From Psammoneis japonica (Eukaryota), in assembly GCA_008632985.1 (NCBI GenBank), contig QPGO01000062.1, positions 372,001 to 424,139 on the forward strand: a stretch of DNA of 52,139 nucleotides, read 5' to 3'. Numbering within the stretch: the stretch's first letter is position 1; the number at the start of each line of letters is the position of its first letter. This document shows positions 1 through 12,635 of this stretch, one piece after another. The position numbers and the translations under genes were made by a program. The notes under the pieces are model-generated. The model worked only from the letters and a program-made list of their open reading frames with translations. It did not search any database and was not told the DNA's origin.

Positions 1-149
1 AGGGCACAATGTGCAGCTAAAGTGATTTGAGTTGCAAGCTCACACAGTGACCTGGGGGCCCACAGTGTCTCTCAACAAAAAAAGGAGGCAGGCACAGCCT
101 TGCTCCTTTTCACATTTTTTTTCAAGAAACCAAGTTTGCTTGAAAGAGT

Positions 150-800
150 TGTGGCATGTGGCTGTGCTGCTGGGGGTGTTGAGGTTGTTTTGTGAAGGCA
201 TTGTCACACCAGGGCTGCTCAAGGCAGCAGCATTTGAGCTTGGAGATGACCTGTCAGCAAAACACTTGGGGGGGGNNNGGGGGGGGGGGGGTGGAAGAAA
301 ACTTCCAGCTGACTCTGCCACCACACACACAGCACAGGCTTGCAAAAGCATCAACAACAAGGAGCACCATGATGATGAGCTCATGCCATCAGCGCAAAAG
401 AGCCTCCTGGAGGGCTGCTGCATTTTTGTTTTGGGCACTTTTCTTGAGTGGCTGTTTGGGTGTCATCATGCTGGCTGCTGTTGGCTCATGCACATCTTGT
501 TTCAGCAGCAGAAAAGAATCATCTGCCATGACACCCTTCAACATGACACAAGCTCACGGGCATGCTGGAATGCTGGGACCTGTCTTTTTTGATGATCTGT
601 GACATCTGGCAGTTCTCTGGATTGTGAAGCATCCATGATGCTTGCTGCCACACATGATTTGTGCCACACTGCAAAAAACAAAAACAGAAGACCTGTGCAA
701 AACAAATTTCCCCATCAACTTTGGAGCCTCCCTGGCAATGTTTGCATGCTGGCCAAGGGAGAAATTCAAGGAAGCATGCTGCACTCTTGAAATGAAGCAC
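150..800. repeat. Old degenerate dispersed repeat (copy 1; copy 2 at about 27030-27720)
   Basis: Collinear shared blocks, e.g. gtggctgtgctg..ggggtgttgaggttgttttgtg, ccagctga.tctgcca, ccatgacacccttcaac, atttgtgccaca.tgcaaaaaa, tggccaagg(g)gagaaatt. Almost no TpA or CpG. Family not recognisable. Confidence 0.7.
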
Positions 801-801
801 A

Positions 802-1077
802 TGACAGAAATTGAAGGCAAATGGCAAGAATTCAAACAACAACTCCTTGCTGCTGTCTAAATGGCAGATGAGTCTCCGCTCAGAGACCGTTGCAGGAGCC
901 GAAAGACGTGCAAGTCGGCACAATCGGGCTGCTGTTGTCATTCTTGTGAGCCGTGTGGCTCGAAAGCAAACTGCATCGCATGCGAACGCGCAGAACTAAA
1001 GCACACAAAACTGTGCGCGGCAAACTAAACAGCACGCGACATTTCGCGCGCACCTGAATCCTGTTCAAATCCTGTCA
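802..1077 (-). repeat. 276-bp LTR of Copia family A
   Basis: Inverted copy of 9097-9372, with TGACAG...CTGTCA termini and an adjacent polypurine tract (GGGGAG on the minus strand). Confidence 0.92.
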
Positions 1078-3212
1078 CTCCCCAGTTTGCTTGAGGAGTC
1101 ACAGAAACAGATTCGACTTCGGATGGAATGAAGTTCCAGAACATGAGGGGGCGGAGAAGGTCCCAGACTTGGGAGCAACCCCAATGCTTGCTGAGAATGT
1201 CAGCAGGGTTGCGGGAGCCTTCGATGAAGTGGAGCTCAAGGCAACCAGAGGCAATTGCCTCGCGCACATGGTGGAATGACAGTGTGGTGTGTCGCTTGTG
1301 TGACTTGGAGTGCGGGATGGTGGCACTGTCTACAACCGACTTGTTGTCACCGAACATGTGACTGATGTCACAGATCGGGACGCCGAGGCAGCGCAGGGTG
1401 ATGCGCAGGTCAACAATCTGCTCGACACAAGTCCTTGCGGCAACAAATTCAGAGCCGCAGGTTGCAGTCTCCATGGTGGCTTGCTTCTTAGAGAACCAAT
1501 CAGCCAGGAATTTGTTGAGGAAGTGGAGCATTCCCATGACAGAGCGTCCGGTGAGCATGCAATGGCACAAGTTTGCATCGACGCAGTGGGTGGCAGCAAC
1601 GAACTTGCCAAGGGGTGGTGGAGCGTCCTTCGGGATCATCTCTTCTGCCTTGCCGCACACGGAATGCATCCATTCACAGGCCGGAGCAGGGAGATCCGAA
1701 CAGTCGGGCTCTTCCGTGCGAACGCAGAGAGCGCCGTGTCGCATCTTGGAGAGGTGCCAACAGATGCGTTTGGCACGATCCAAGTGGCCTTGACGGGGCG
1801 CAGCTCGCCGTTCCTGCGCATCCAAATGTCGGGTTCGGCGCGGCAGGGGAAGAAACCTTCAGCTCGCAGGCAGTCGGTGAAGCGCTCATGCCAGCGGAGG
1901 CCGGAGCTGTGCAGTCCATGCAGGGCCTTGTGGATGACAAGAATGTGGCCTTCGAGTTTGCCAAATTCGGGTCCAGCCATGATGCACAGCTTCTCCTTGG
2001 TGGTGGCTTCAAGGTGGGCATTGCCAATGTCGGTGGCCCATGTCTCCAACTCGTTGAGTTCGGCCAGGAAAATCATCAGCCGAAGGCCACGGAGGGAGAC
2101 TGCTCCGGAGCAGACACTGTCGATGGGCACATCCGTGAGGTGCCCATCGGCTGCGAGTCGTGCCTTGTGGCGGCCGTCGTGTTTCACGTCACACACCAGG
2201 TGCACTCGGATCTTCTTGTGTCCCGCAGGAGGAGTGGAAGACTCGGAGGGCCCGCAGTCATGAAAGACTTCGTATTCATCAAGTTGGTCCATCTCGAGAT
2301 TAGTTGCGTCTCCCCATTTGCTGTTGCCGTTGCATTCGTCTAGTGACATGGCGTGTTTGCAGTTCCGGGGAACTTCGCATCCGCACTTGTGGCGAGGTGC
2401 AGTGCGGAAGGAGCAAAGCTTGGCTTGGTTGGCCATGCGGAGCAGCTTCTTCTGGCACCTCGCGATGGTGCGGAACCGCTTCCAGCCATCAGTGTCGAGA
2501 AGTCCGTTCTCTCGTGCACAGATGGCGCAGGTGACAGGGTCGTCCTTGGCGATGATGGCAAGAGGCTTGGACGTGATCTCCCCACTTTCCCATTCGAGCA
2601 TGCTGTTGTAGCTTGAGCCTTTCCAGGTTGGGTCATGAGGCTTCAGAGGTCCTTCGTGTGGCACAATGCATTGAAATTTCCAAACAGTGGTGTCCTCGTC
2701 TTCTTGCTCAATGTGATTCATGATGTCATTGCAGGCCAGGACTTCCTCGCATTCGTCGTTGTTGACAGAGCAGACGAACTTGGTGAGCTCAGGGTTGCCG
2801 TTCACTTTCCATTCGTGGTCTTTGACGGCCTTGACGATGCAAGCTCTGTGGCGTTGTCCATCCTCTTGTGGCTGCATGAGGAAGGTGCGTCCGATGATGT
2901 CTTGTGGATCGAAAACTGGCATCTTGGGTGTCCTGATCTCCCCATCGGGTGAATCGACGGGGTTGTCGTCATGGCGAGATTTGATGATGGGTTCAGGTGG
3001 CTCCCCATCAGGAGGATCAAGACGCAGGTTTCGAACGGCAGGATCGGTGGCAGCGGATCGTACGTTGGACCGGCAGAGGATCTTCTGAGTGTCGTCAGAG
3101 AGAATCTTGAAGGTCATCTGGTGGCCGACGTGCTCAGCAATGCCAACAAAGCGTCCACGCAACTCACGGGATTCGGATGGCCAATCGGAGTCATCGAGGT
3201 GGAAGCACACGG

Positions 3213-3607
3213 GACGCGTTCCAGACGCAGGTGGGAATCCGTGTGACATTGGGCCCGCAGAATTCTGCGTGCGAGCTCCGCAGTAAAATTGTGCGGCAAC
3301 AAAAATGTCAACAGTCGCCAACAGAAAATGAGGCAATTTTGCGAACACACAAACTCGCCCATGATTGAAGTGCATCATTTTTTACTTGGCCAGTTGCATT
3401 CTTCAGACATTGAAGAATGTAACTGTCCCATCATTGTTCCCACAAATTCGTCACATGAAACGTCTGGGGCTTCGCAAAACAGCGAGTCTGGACAATTTTT
3501 TTTAAATGTCACACGTGGAAATGTGCGTGCGAAACACACGACGGATGACAAAAATTTTTGTGTCACACGTCAGTGCTGCGAGCTCCCACCCAGGGCTGGA
3601 ACGTGTC
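3213..3607 (+). mobile_element. 395-bp MITE copy 1 (TpA-hypermutated), inserted in the Copia integrase region
   Basis: TIRs GACGCGTTCCAG...CTGGAACGTGTC. 4-bp TSD ACGG (3209-3212 / 3608-3611). The empty site is visible in the paralogous Copia at about 6541-6560. Confidence 0.95.
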
Positions 3608-3663
3608 ACGGGTTCCCACCAGTGAAAGCAAAGCAATGGGCTGATGTCCGGGGTGGAGCCAAT

Positions 3664-6600
3664 GTGATCCCTTTGCCCCGCAGTTATAAGAACATGTTGT
3701 CAGCTCCAATTGGTCTGCACATTGTCAAAGCACACGAAGGTCTTGACATTGCCAATGACTCCTCGTTGTTCACGCATGACGAGTTCCTTGCCTGCCGCCT
3801 CAGCCCCGACTGCATGTCTTCTGTGTCCGTCAGCAGCTCGCCCCTCGCACCTCCGCATGTCACCAACGCGACCAAGGCACGCGACCCGGCACGAGACTTC
3901 AAACAAGGCATCAAGTGTGACCCCACCGCTTTCACGGCTCTCAAATCCGACAAGCAGTGGCACACTTGGCACACCTCACTTGTGGCACAAGCCCATGTCC
4001 AAGACGTCAAGTGTGTTCTAGACTCATCGTACAAACCGACCAGCCCCGAAGACAAACTGCTCTTTGCTGAACAGCAAAAGCACATGTTCGCCGTCTTCGA
4101 ACGCATCCTTCTCACCAACAAGGGCAAGGCTCTCATTCGCGAAAATGTGGGGTCTTCTGACGCCCAGACCGTCTGCCGCGCCTTGTCTGAGCATGCGCTC
4201 GCCTCCACCCATGCATCTGTCAAGTCCTCCACCTTGCTCACGTGCCTCACCACCGCATGTCTTGGTGATGGCACTTGGAAAGGCCCGACCCACGGGTTCA
4301 TCCTTCATTGGCAAGATCAGTTGCGCAAGTGCGAGGCACTCATCCCGGCCAGTGACCACTTCTCTGAAAGACAGAAGCGCGTCATGCTCGAGAATGCTGC
4401 ACATCCTGTCAAGGAACTCCGTGCTGTCAAGAACCAAGCTGATCAGCATCACACGCAGAGTGGCAAGAGCCTCACATGCGATCAACATTGTGGCTTGCTC
4501 CTCTCCACGGCGGCTCAATGCGACAGTGCGTTTCAACCCAAGACGACACCTCGAGCTCCCTGATGCGCCACACACGCACACGACGTCCACTCCGAGGAAC
4601 CGTCCGATGATGTGTTCTGCGACATTGACAGTGACATTGACGTCCTTCAGGCCAATGCTGCCTGCACCCATGGTCCCAGCCTCACCGGTGACCAATGGAA
4701 ATGTCTGCCTCCCGACCACCAACGGATTTGGGATTCGTTGCCCCATTCCTCCAAGGCAATCATCCTTGAGCATTCTCGTCTGCCTCCCCGCAACCCGCGA
4801 GCCAGCAACTGCCATGAGTCCATTGCGGCCAACCTTCACGACCAACGCCTTGGGAGTGACGGTGATGTCAACTTGTCCAACACGACTCCTGCTGACTCTG
4901 GTGACCCCGCTCCAAATGTGGATGCCACTTTGGACAATCCCATCCTGGCGCACCTCACCAAGTGCAAGCCACTGCCACCCGGTGATCTGCAACGCCTGTT
5001 GTCTCCTGACCAAGCCCCCAATGCCAGTTGACCGGGGCCATCCGCCGCTCCCTCTGCCTCGCCAGCTCCCACCGATGACACAGAACTTAACGGCCGCACT
5101 TGCCGCCGCGTCAATGACCACAATGTCATTTGCTCTGCCTCTGCTCATCGCTCCACACGCACTGGTGCTCCAGTCGATCGTGGGGCCAATGGCGGCATTG
5201 CTGGCGACGACGTTCGCGTCATTGCATGCACCTCTCGCCAAGTCGACGTTCAGGGCATTGACGACCATCAATTGGTGGACATCCCTGTTGTCACCGCTGG
5301 TGCCGTCATTGAGACACAGTGTGGTCCCGTCATCGCCATCCTCCATCAGCACGCATGCACGGGAAAGGGCAAGACCATTCATTCCTGCGGCCAGCTCGAA
5401 TGGTGCAAACAGGATGTCAACGATCGCTCTGTCAAGGTGCCCAACGGCTTGCAATGCATTGCCACCCCTGATGGCCATGTCATCCCAATTGACGTCAAGG
5501 GCGGCCTGCCTTGTGTTGTCATGCGACCTTGCGCTGACGCCAAATGGGACACCCTGCCCCATGTCATCCTTGCCGGTGATGACACATGGGATCCTTCCAC
5601 CTCGATCACTCTGTCACTGACGACGAACAGTGGCACGACGCGATCTCTGACCTGCAGGACGATCCCACTGCCAACCCATTTGACGAATGCGGCAACTGCC
5701 ATCATCGTGTCATTGTCAACAAGACCATCATGTCCGCTTCCTTGTCTGCCGATCACGCGTCCGCCCTCGATGATCACCTCATTCCGAACGACGACGTGTT
5801 CCACGAGTGTCATCTGCACACGATTGACCCCAAGGACGATGACGTTCCGCCCCCGGAGTGCACTGTGCAGCCCAAGGACCCCCCCTTCGAGTCTCTTTGG
5901 CCTTGCTTTGGCTTCCTGCCTGCCGAAGCGGTCAATCGCACTTTTGACTGCACCACGCAGCACGCCCGCATGCCCGCCGGTGCACACCTCAGGAAGGCCT
6001 GCAAATCGCCCAACCTCGCCCTCAATGTGCACCGCCGCAACGAGCCTGTCGCCACTGACACCGTTTGTGCCGACACCCCGGCCATCGACTCTGGTTGCAC
6101 CAGCGCCCAACTGTTTGTTGGCACCGAGTCTGCCGTCACTGACGTCCACGGCACCAAAACGGACAAAGAGTTTGTCAACACACTCGAGGATCAGATCCAT
6201 GAGCGTGGTGCCCCATCCAAACTCATTGGCGACCGTGCTCAAGTTGAGATCAGCAACAAGGTGCTCGGGATCCTACGAGCCCTCTTCATCTCCAGCTGGC
6301 AAAGTGAGCCTCACCAGCAACACCAAAACTTTGCCGAGCGTCAATGCCAGACCGTGAAGCGCATGGCGAACACTGTCATGGATCGTTTCGGTTCACCTGC
6401 CCACACATGGCTGCTGGCACTCATGTGCGTGTGCTTCATGCTCAACCACGCAGCATCCCCACGTCTCCACTGGTGCATGCCCCTCAAGACTCTCACTGGC
6501 TCCACCCCAGACATCAGCCCATTGCTTTGCTTTCACTGGTGGGAACCCGTGTGCTTCCACCTCGATGACTCCGATTGGCCGTCCGAGTCCCGTGAGTTGC

Positions 6601-9372
6601 GTGGACGCTTTGTTGGCATTGCTGAGCACGTCGGCCACCAGATGACCTTCAAGATTCTCTCTGACAACACTCAGAAGATCCTCTGCCGGTCCAACGTATG
6701 ATCCGCTGCCACCGATGCTGCCGTTCGAAACCTGTGTCTTGATCCTCCTGATGGGGAGCCACCTGAACCCATCATCAAATCTCGCCATGACGACAACCCC
6801 GTCGATTCACCTGATGGGGAGATCAGGACACCCAAGATGCCAGTTTTCGATCCGCAAGACATCATCGGACGCACCTTCCTCATGCAGCCACAAGAGGATG
6901 GACAACGCCACAGAGCTCGCATCGTCAAGGCCGTCGAAGACCACGAATGGGAAGTGAACGGCAATCCCGAGCTCACTAAGTTCGTCTGCTCTGTCAACAA
7001 CGACGAATGCGAGGAAGTCCTTGCCTGCAACGACATCATGAATCACATTGAGCAAGAAGACGAAGACACCACTGTTTGGAAATTTCGACGCATTGTGTCA
7101 CACGAAGGACCTCTGAAGCCTCATGACCCAACCTGGAAAGGCTCAAGCTACAACAGCATGCTTGAATGGGAAAGTGGGGAGATCACGTCCGAGCCTCTTG
7201 CCATCATCGCCAAGGACGACCCCGTCACCTGCGCCATCTATGCACGAGAGAACGGACTTCTCGACACTGATGGCTGGAAGCGGTTCCGCACCATTGCGAG
7301 GCGCCAGAAGAAGCCATTCCGCGTGGCCAACCAAGCCAAGCTTTGCTCCTTCCGCACTGCACCTCGCCACAAGTGCGGACACGAAGTTCCCCGGAACTGC
7401 AAACACGCCATGTCACTAGACGAGTGCAACGGCAACCGCAAATGGGGAGACGCAACTAATCTCGAGATGGACCAACTCGAGGAATACGAAGTCTTCCATG
7501 ACTGCGGGCCCTTCGAGTCTTCCACTCCTCCTGCGGGACACAAGAAGATCCGAGTGCACCCAGTGTGCGACGTGAAACACGACGGTTGCCACAAGGCACG
7601 ACTCGTAGCCGATGGGCACCTCACGGACGCACCTGTCGATGGTGTCTACTCCGGAGCAGTCTCCCTCCGTGGCCTTCGGCTGATGATTTTCCTGGCCGAA
7701 CTCAACGAGTTGGAGACATGGGCCACCAACATTGGCAATGCCTGCCTTGAAGCCACCACCAAGGAGAAGCTCTACATTGCAGCCGGACCCGAATTTGGCA
7801 AACTCGAAGGCCACATCCTTGTCATCCACAAGGCCCTGTGTGGACTGCACAGCTCCGGTCTCCGCTGGCACGAGCGCTTCGCCGACTGCCTGCGAGCTGA
7901 AGGCTTCTTCCCCTGCCGCGCCAAACCTGACATTTGGATGCGCAGGAACGGCAGCCACTGTGAGTGCGTTGCCGTTTGTGTGGATGACCTCGCCATTGCT
8001 GTGAAGGACCCTCAATCTTTCGTCGATGCTCTCACGGAAAAGTGCAAGTTCAAGCTCAAGGGTGCGGGACCGATTGAGTTCCATCTGGGCTGCGACTTTT
8101 CCCGGGATCCCAATGGCACCTTGTGCCTGTCTCTGCGCAAGTACATGGAGCGCATGGTCGACAGCTGCACCCGACTGTTTGGGGAGAAACCTGCCACCAA
8201 TGCCCTGTCACCTCTGGAGAAGGGTGACCACCCCAAACTGGACACTTCCGAACTGCTGGGGCCCGATGGCATTCACAAGTTCCAGTCTCTTGTTGGTTCA
8301 CTCCAATGGGCAGTGTCCCTTGGTCGAATTGACATTGCCACGGCCGTCATGTCACTCTCTGGCTTCTGAGCTGCACCCCGTCAAGGCCACTTGGATCGTG
8401 CCAAACGCGTCTGTGGGCACCTCTCCAAGATGCGACACGGCGCTCTCCGCGTTCGCACGGAAGAGCCCAACTGTTCAGATCTCCCTGCTCCGGCCCATGA
8501 ATGGATGCATTCCATGTACGGCGAAGCAGAAGAGATGATCCCGAAGGATGCTCCACCGCCCCTTGGCAAGTTCGTCACCACCACCCACTGCGTTGATGCA
8601 AACTTGCACCATTGCATGCTCACCGGACGCTCTGTCATGGGAATGCTCCACTTCCTCAACAAATTCCCGGCTGATTGGTTCTCTAAGAAGCAAGCCACCA
8701 TGGAGACTGTGACCTGCGGGTCTGAATTTGTTGCCGCAAGGACTTGTGTCGAGCAGATTGTCGACCTGCGCATCACCCTGCGCTGCCTTGGCGTCCCGAT
8801 CCGCAACATCAGTTGCATGTTCGGTGACAACAAGTTGGTTGTAGACAGTGCCACCATCCCGCACTCCAAGTTACACAAGCGACACACCGCACTGTCGTTC
8901 CACCGTGTGCGTGAGGCAATTGCCTCTGGTTGCCTTGAGCTCCACTTCATCGAAGGCTCCCGCAACCCTGCTGACATTCTCAGCAAGCATTGGGGTTGCT
9001 CCCAAGTCTGGGACCTTTTCCGCCCCCTCATGTTCTGGAACTTCATTCCATCTGAAGTCGAATCTGTTTCTGTGGCTCCTCAAGCAAACTGGGGAGTGAC
9101 AGGATTTGAACAGGATTCAGGTGCGCGCGAAATGTCGCGCGCTGTTTAGTTTGCTGCGCACAGTTTTGTGTGCTTTAGTTCCGCGCGTTCGCGCGCGATG
9201 CAGTTTGCTTTCGAGCCACAAGGCTCACAAGAATGACAACAGCAGCCCGATTGTGCCGACTTGCACATCTTTCGGCTCCTGCAATGGTCTCTGAGCGGAG
9301 ACTCATCTGCCATTTAGACAGCAGTGAGGAGTCATTGTTTGAATTCTTGCCATTTGCCTTCAATTTCTGTCA
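3664..9372 (+). mobile_element. Ty1/copia LTR retrotransposon family A, lacking 5' LTR and gag start; gag-PR-IN-RT-RH pseudogene
   Basis: Domain order is gag (about 3690-5030), protease (VDRGANGG, about 5173), integrase (VATDTV, SEPHQQHQNFAE), RT ([Y>C]VDD at 7977-7988), RNase H (VDAN, GSEFVA, NPADILSK), PPT GGGGAG 9091-9096, LTR. In-frame TGA stops at 4561, 6699 and 8367, plus frameshifts. Confidence 0.95.
9097..9372 (+). repeat. 276-bp 3' LTR of Copia family A
   Basis: TGACAG...CTGTCA directly after the PPT. Matches 802-1077 inverted. Confidence 0.93.
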
Positions 9373-9499
9373 CAAGGAGGAGCTCTTGAAGTGCCTGAGA
9401 GGGAGTGCTGCACAGAGCTGCAAGGTCTGGACACTGACTTTGGCTTTCTTGTGCTGCCCCCCCCCCCCCCCCAAGGAGGGTGTTGCAAAAGGGCAGCAC

Positions 9500-9670
9500 A
9501 GCATTGTCCCTCCTTGCAAGGCTGACCAAGCAAAAGGGGAGGGCCTCAAGTCACCAAAGGATTTTGACCACAGAGTGGGCTGAGCCAGATGAAGGCATGA
9601 CAATCACTTCTGACAAGAAGGCAAATGTTTCTGCTGACATTTTGTGCAGTGCTGCAAGGTGTGTGCACGC
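9500..9670. repeat. Degenerate dispersed repeat (second copy at about 35595-35770)
   Basis: Shared string ttgcaag.ctgaccaagc.aaaggg..agggcctcaagt...caaaggattttgaccacagag..tgggctgag.cagatgaagg and cattttgtgcag..ctgcaaggtgtg. Confidence 0.75.
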
Positions 9671-10432
9671 CACTTCAGAGGCCTGCATCCATGAATTGTC
9701 TCATGGTCTGACCAGTGCACATTGCTGTAGACAGCATTTGTGAGTGCCCACACATGCATTCATTTGTGATGAATCATGGCCATTTGACAGCCCACAAATC
9801 TCACCGATTTGCCACAAATGGTCTTGATTGAAAACAAACAAATGTCCACACCAACCAACAAATGTCCAAGGACTTTTACAAACAGTCATCAATCCCAATG
9901 AGTGAGGTGCAACCCAATCAGTTTATGACCCTGAACCAGTTGCTTTGCCGGATTTCACTTTTCTTGTCGCTGCCAACCAGGTGATGACCAAATGCAGTGT
10001 TGTGATTTGTTTTCAATCTTTGCTGTCAAAGTCAATTGGTTGGCTGGTGTGTTCAAACAATGTTTGCCATGGTCCCACCCATTTGTTGCATGTCTCTGCT
10101 GCAATCAATTGTCAACAAGTGTGATCGCAGCTCATGGCTGCCGAGTTGCTCTCGACCAAACCACCGCCGACTCCAGTTTGTAGATTTTGGCACAGTTGAC
10201 CTGGTGGTCATCTTCATCATCCAAGCCATCTTGTGCTTCTTCTGCCACCCGTTGATCTTGCTTGGTTGCAACTGCTCTGCAGAGCTCTTCCCACCATCCG
10301 AGGCACCCGCTTGCAACATCTTGCTTGATCTCCATGACCATGTTGTCAAAGAACTTGTTGGCCTTTGGCGACCACCCTTGGCTCTTCCTTGGTGTCTTGT
10401 GCTTCTGCAATCCCATGCTTCTGTCTGTGTCT

Positions 10433-11749
10433 GATGTGTTTTCATCCTGGGTGAGAAACTTTTGGACACATCACGAGGTTTTCTACGTGTTTCTACGTGA
10501 GACGTACATTCAGCACCAAAAATCTTTGTAAAAATCGCGCTCCATGACAGCAAAAACACATTTTTCCATGTCTCGAACCACAAACCACAATTCGCGCAAA
10601 CCGAAAATGGCACCATGCCGTCGCCATGAACTCGTCCATTCTTGCACCAACGGATGTTGTGACTGAGAAGGCAAGAATGCCGACACAGGTCAACAAGACA
10701 ACACTCAATGCGACAATGTGGTTGAAAATTTGATCTTTGTTTTTTGTTGTGCCTTGTGGACAGCCTTTTGACTCATGACATTTTTGATGCCTCTTTCTCT
10801 CTTCCTCAGCTTGCGAAGTGGGATTCTCATCAACGCGCTGCTCCATCAACTTGACACCAGATGCGGACAACGAAGAATGTTTTTATGACACGTTGCTGTG
10901 ATTCTTACAATGCATCGTCCGCACTTTGAGTCGTTGTGGACGATGCTTTTGGGTCGCGCGACAACATCAGATTTCGCCGCCGACAAGAGAATCGTTGTGT
11001 GTCCAGTTTTGAGGGTGTGTGAGGACAAAGAATCTCAGATGCAAGTGTGACAGTTTCATTGTTGTAAAGTGGAACAACACCATCAGTGATGTCCAAGTGT
11101 TGCAGCCATTTTATTTTATTCTAAGATGGAACCAGTCATTTTGAGCGGTGAAATTTTGTCAACATTTCATCTTTAACTCTGCTTGGGCACATCAGATCAC
11201 ATGGTGACTGGACACACATTTAACTTTGATGCTGCCATTTCAATCCCATTGTTTCATTCACTCAAGTGTCCCACACAGGTCGACAAATCAGTTGATCTTT
11301 GAAATGGCCGATCGCGCAAAAAAATCACGTGCGAAGTCAGTTCCCCCGATTTTTCTCATGCAAACAATGGAGTTAGAACGCCGTTCTTTTTTGGTGTGAG
11401 CTCTTCACACAATGAACAATGCGCACATTCTTTCAAAGCAGTCAGATTCGGTGAAAGAAACAGCAGAACAGTCTCTCAAATGCACCAGAATGACAACAAC
11501 GAGCAGCCAGCTGTCAGTTTCACTCGAAAAAATGCCGCTTTCGAGACAGCGCTTTTCTTGCACGCGCCCTTCAACCAATGAGAACAATGGCTGGCTTTTC
11601 AAAATAAACATGTCTGTGGAAAGAAGAAACGAAAAATCGGGGGAAAGTCCAGTCAGATTTGCTCGCACAAAAAGCACGGCGACGGAAAAGGGACAGACGA
11701 AATGTCTCACCTCCGTGTGCGCGTTTCTCACCTGGGATGAAAACACATC
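10433..11749 (+). mobile_element. ~1.3-kb non-autonomous TIR DNA transposon, copy 1
   Basis: 27-bp TIR GATGTGTTTTCATCC[TG/CA]GGTGAGAAAC at both ends. Flanks GTCT/ATCT fit a 4-bp TSD with one TA->TG change. No recognisable transposase. Confidence 0.88.
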
Positions 11750-12240
11750 ATCTTTTGGCTTTGCCACCGTGAAATGCTTGAGTGTCCTGACTGGCTTTCT
11801 CTTGTTGCTGGATGCACCCACATTGTTTTGGATGTCAACGAGCACTTTTGCAGCCTTGGTCAGAGCCATGACTTGAGCTGCAGTCTTTGGCTCATCTCGG
11901 ATCTTCTTGACCATGGCATCCCGTTTTGCAATGGACTCTGCCCTTGTGTCCTTGAACTTGTGCTTCAGTTCTTGTGCTGACAAACCTTCCTCCTCCAGTG
12001 GCTCTTGTGGATCTTTCTGGAGCAGCACAAACATGCTCTGGCCCTGGTCTTCCTTCTCCTTGGCTGTCGCGAGGTCTGGCATGATGGTCTCACACAAGTC
12101 CTTGCTTTGCTCTTGGTCCATTGGGCCTCCATCATCAACCAACTCCACGTCGCAATCTGACATCAGATTCCCCTGTCCTTGTTTTGGCTCTTGCACTCGG
12201 CACACCACACATTGCTGTTGTTCTTGAGGAGCATGTGGGC

Positions 12241-12635
12241 GACGCGTTCCAGCCCTAGGTGGGAGCTCGTAGCACTGACGTGTGACAACAATAATTTTTA
12301 TCATCCGTCGTATGTTTCGTACGTAGATTTCTACGTGTGATATTTAAAAAAATTGTCCAGACTCGCTGTTTTGCGAAGCCCAAGACGTTTTATATAACAA
12401 ATTTATAGAAACTATAATGCGCCAGTTACATTCTTCAATGTCTGAAGAATGTAACTGGCTAAGTAAAAAATGATGTACTCCAATCATGTGCGAGTTTGTG
12501 CGTTCGCAAAATTGCCTCATTTTCTGTTGGCGATCATTGACATTTTAATTACCGTATAATTTTACTACGGAGCTCGCACGTAGAAGTCTACGGGCCCAAT
12601 GTCACACGGATTCCCACCTGCGTCTGGAACGCGTC
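12241..12635 (-). mobile_element. 395-bp MITE copy 2 (TpA largely intact, young)
   Basis: TIR GACGCGTTCCAG at both ends. TSD GGGC (12237-12240 / 12636-12639). Inverted relative to copies 1 and 3. Confidence 0.95.

Larger units (their letters stand above)
802..3663 (-). mobile_element. 5'-truncated Ty1/copia copy (integrase C-term, RT, RNase H, 3' LTR) with a ~415-bp RT deletion and a MITE insertion
   Basis: Reverse complement of about 6490-9372. Motifs: DVKHDGRHKARL, DIGNA, WFSKKQAT.ETAT.GSEFVA, FGDNKSVV, NPADILSKHW. PPT at 1078-1083. The segment equivalent to about 7953-8367 (containing [Y]VDD) is missing at about 1806. Confidence 0.93.

Noticed and set aside
268..291. Long G/C homopolymers (also about 9456-9472 and 35243-35256) as functional G-quadruplex elements
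   Set aside because: One contains Ns, run lengths are unreliable, and there is no supporting context.
3289..3690. Apparent N-terminus of the 424-aa ORF 3289-4563
   Set aside because: Chimeric read-through of MITE and antisense Copia sequence into gag.
3664..9096. Alternative genetic code or RNA editing as the explanation for Cys/His at Tyr positions
   Set aside because: Neighbouring genes use TAY normally, the changes also hit non-coding LTRs and MITEs, and both strands are affected within one copy.
802..9372. A single element with long terminal inverted repeats (DIRS- or TIR-like)
   Set aside because: The inverted ends are two Copia 3' LTRs, each with its own PPT and pol. There is no tyrosine recombinase and no TSD.
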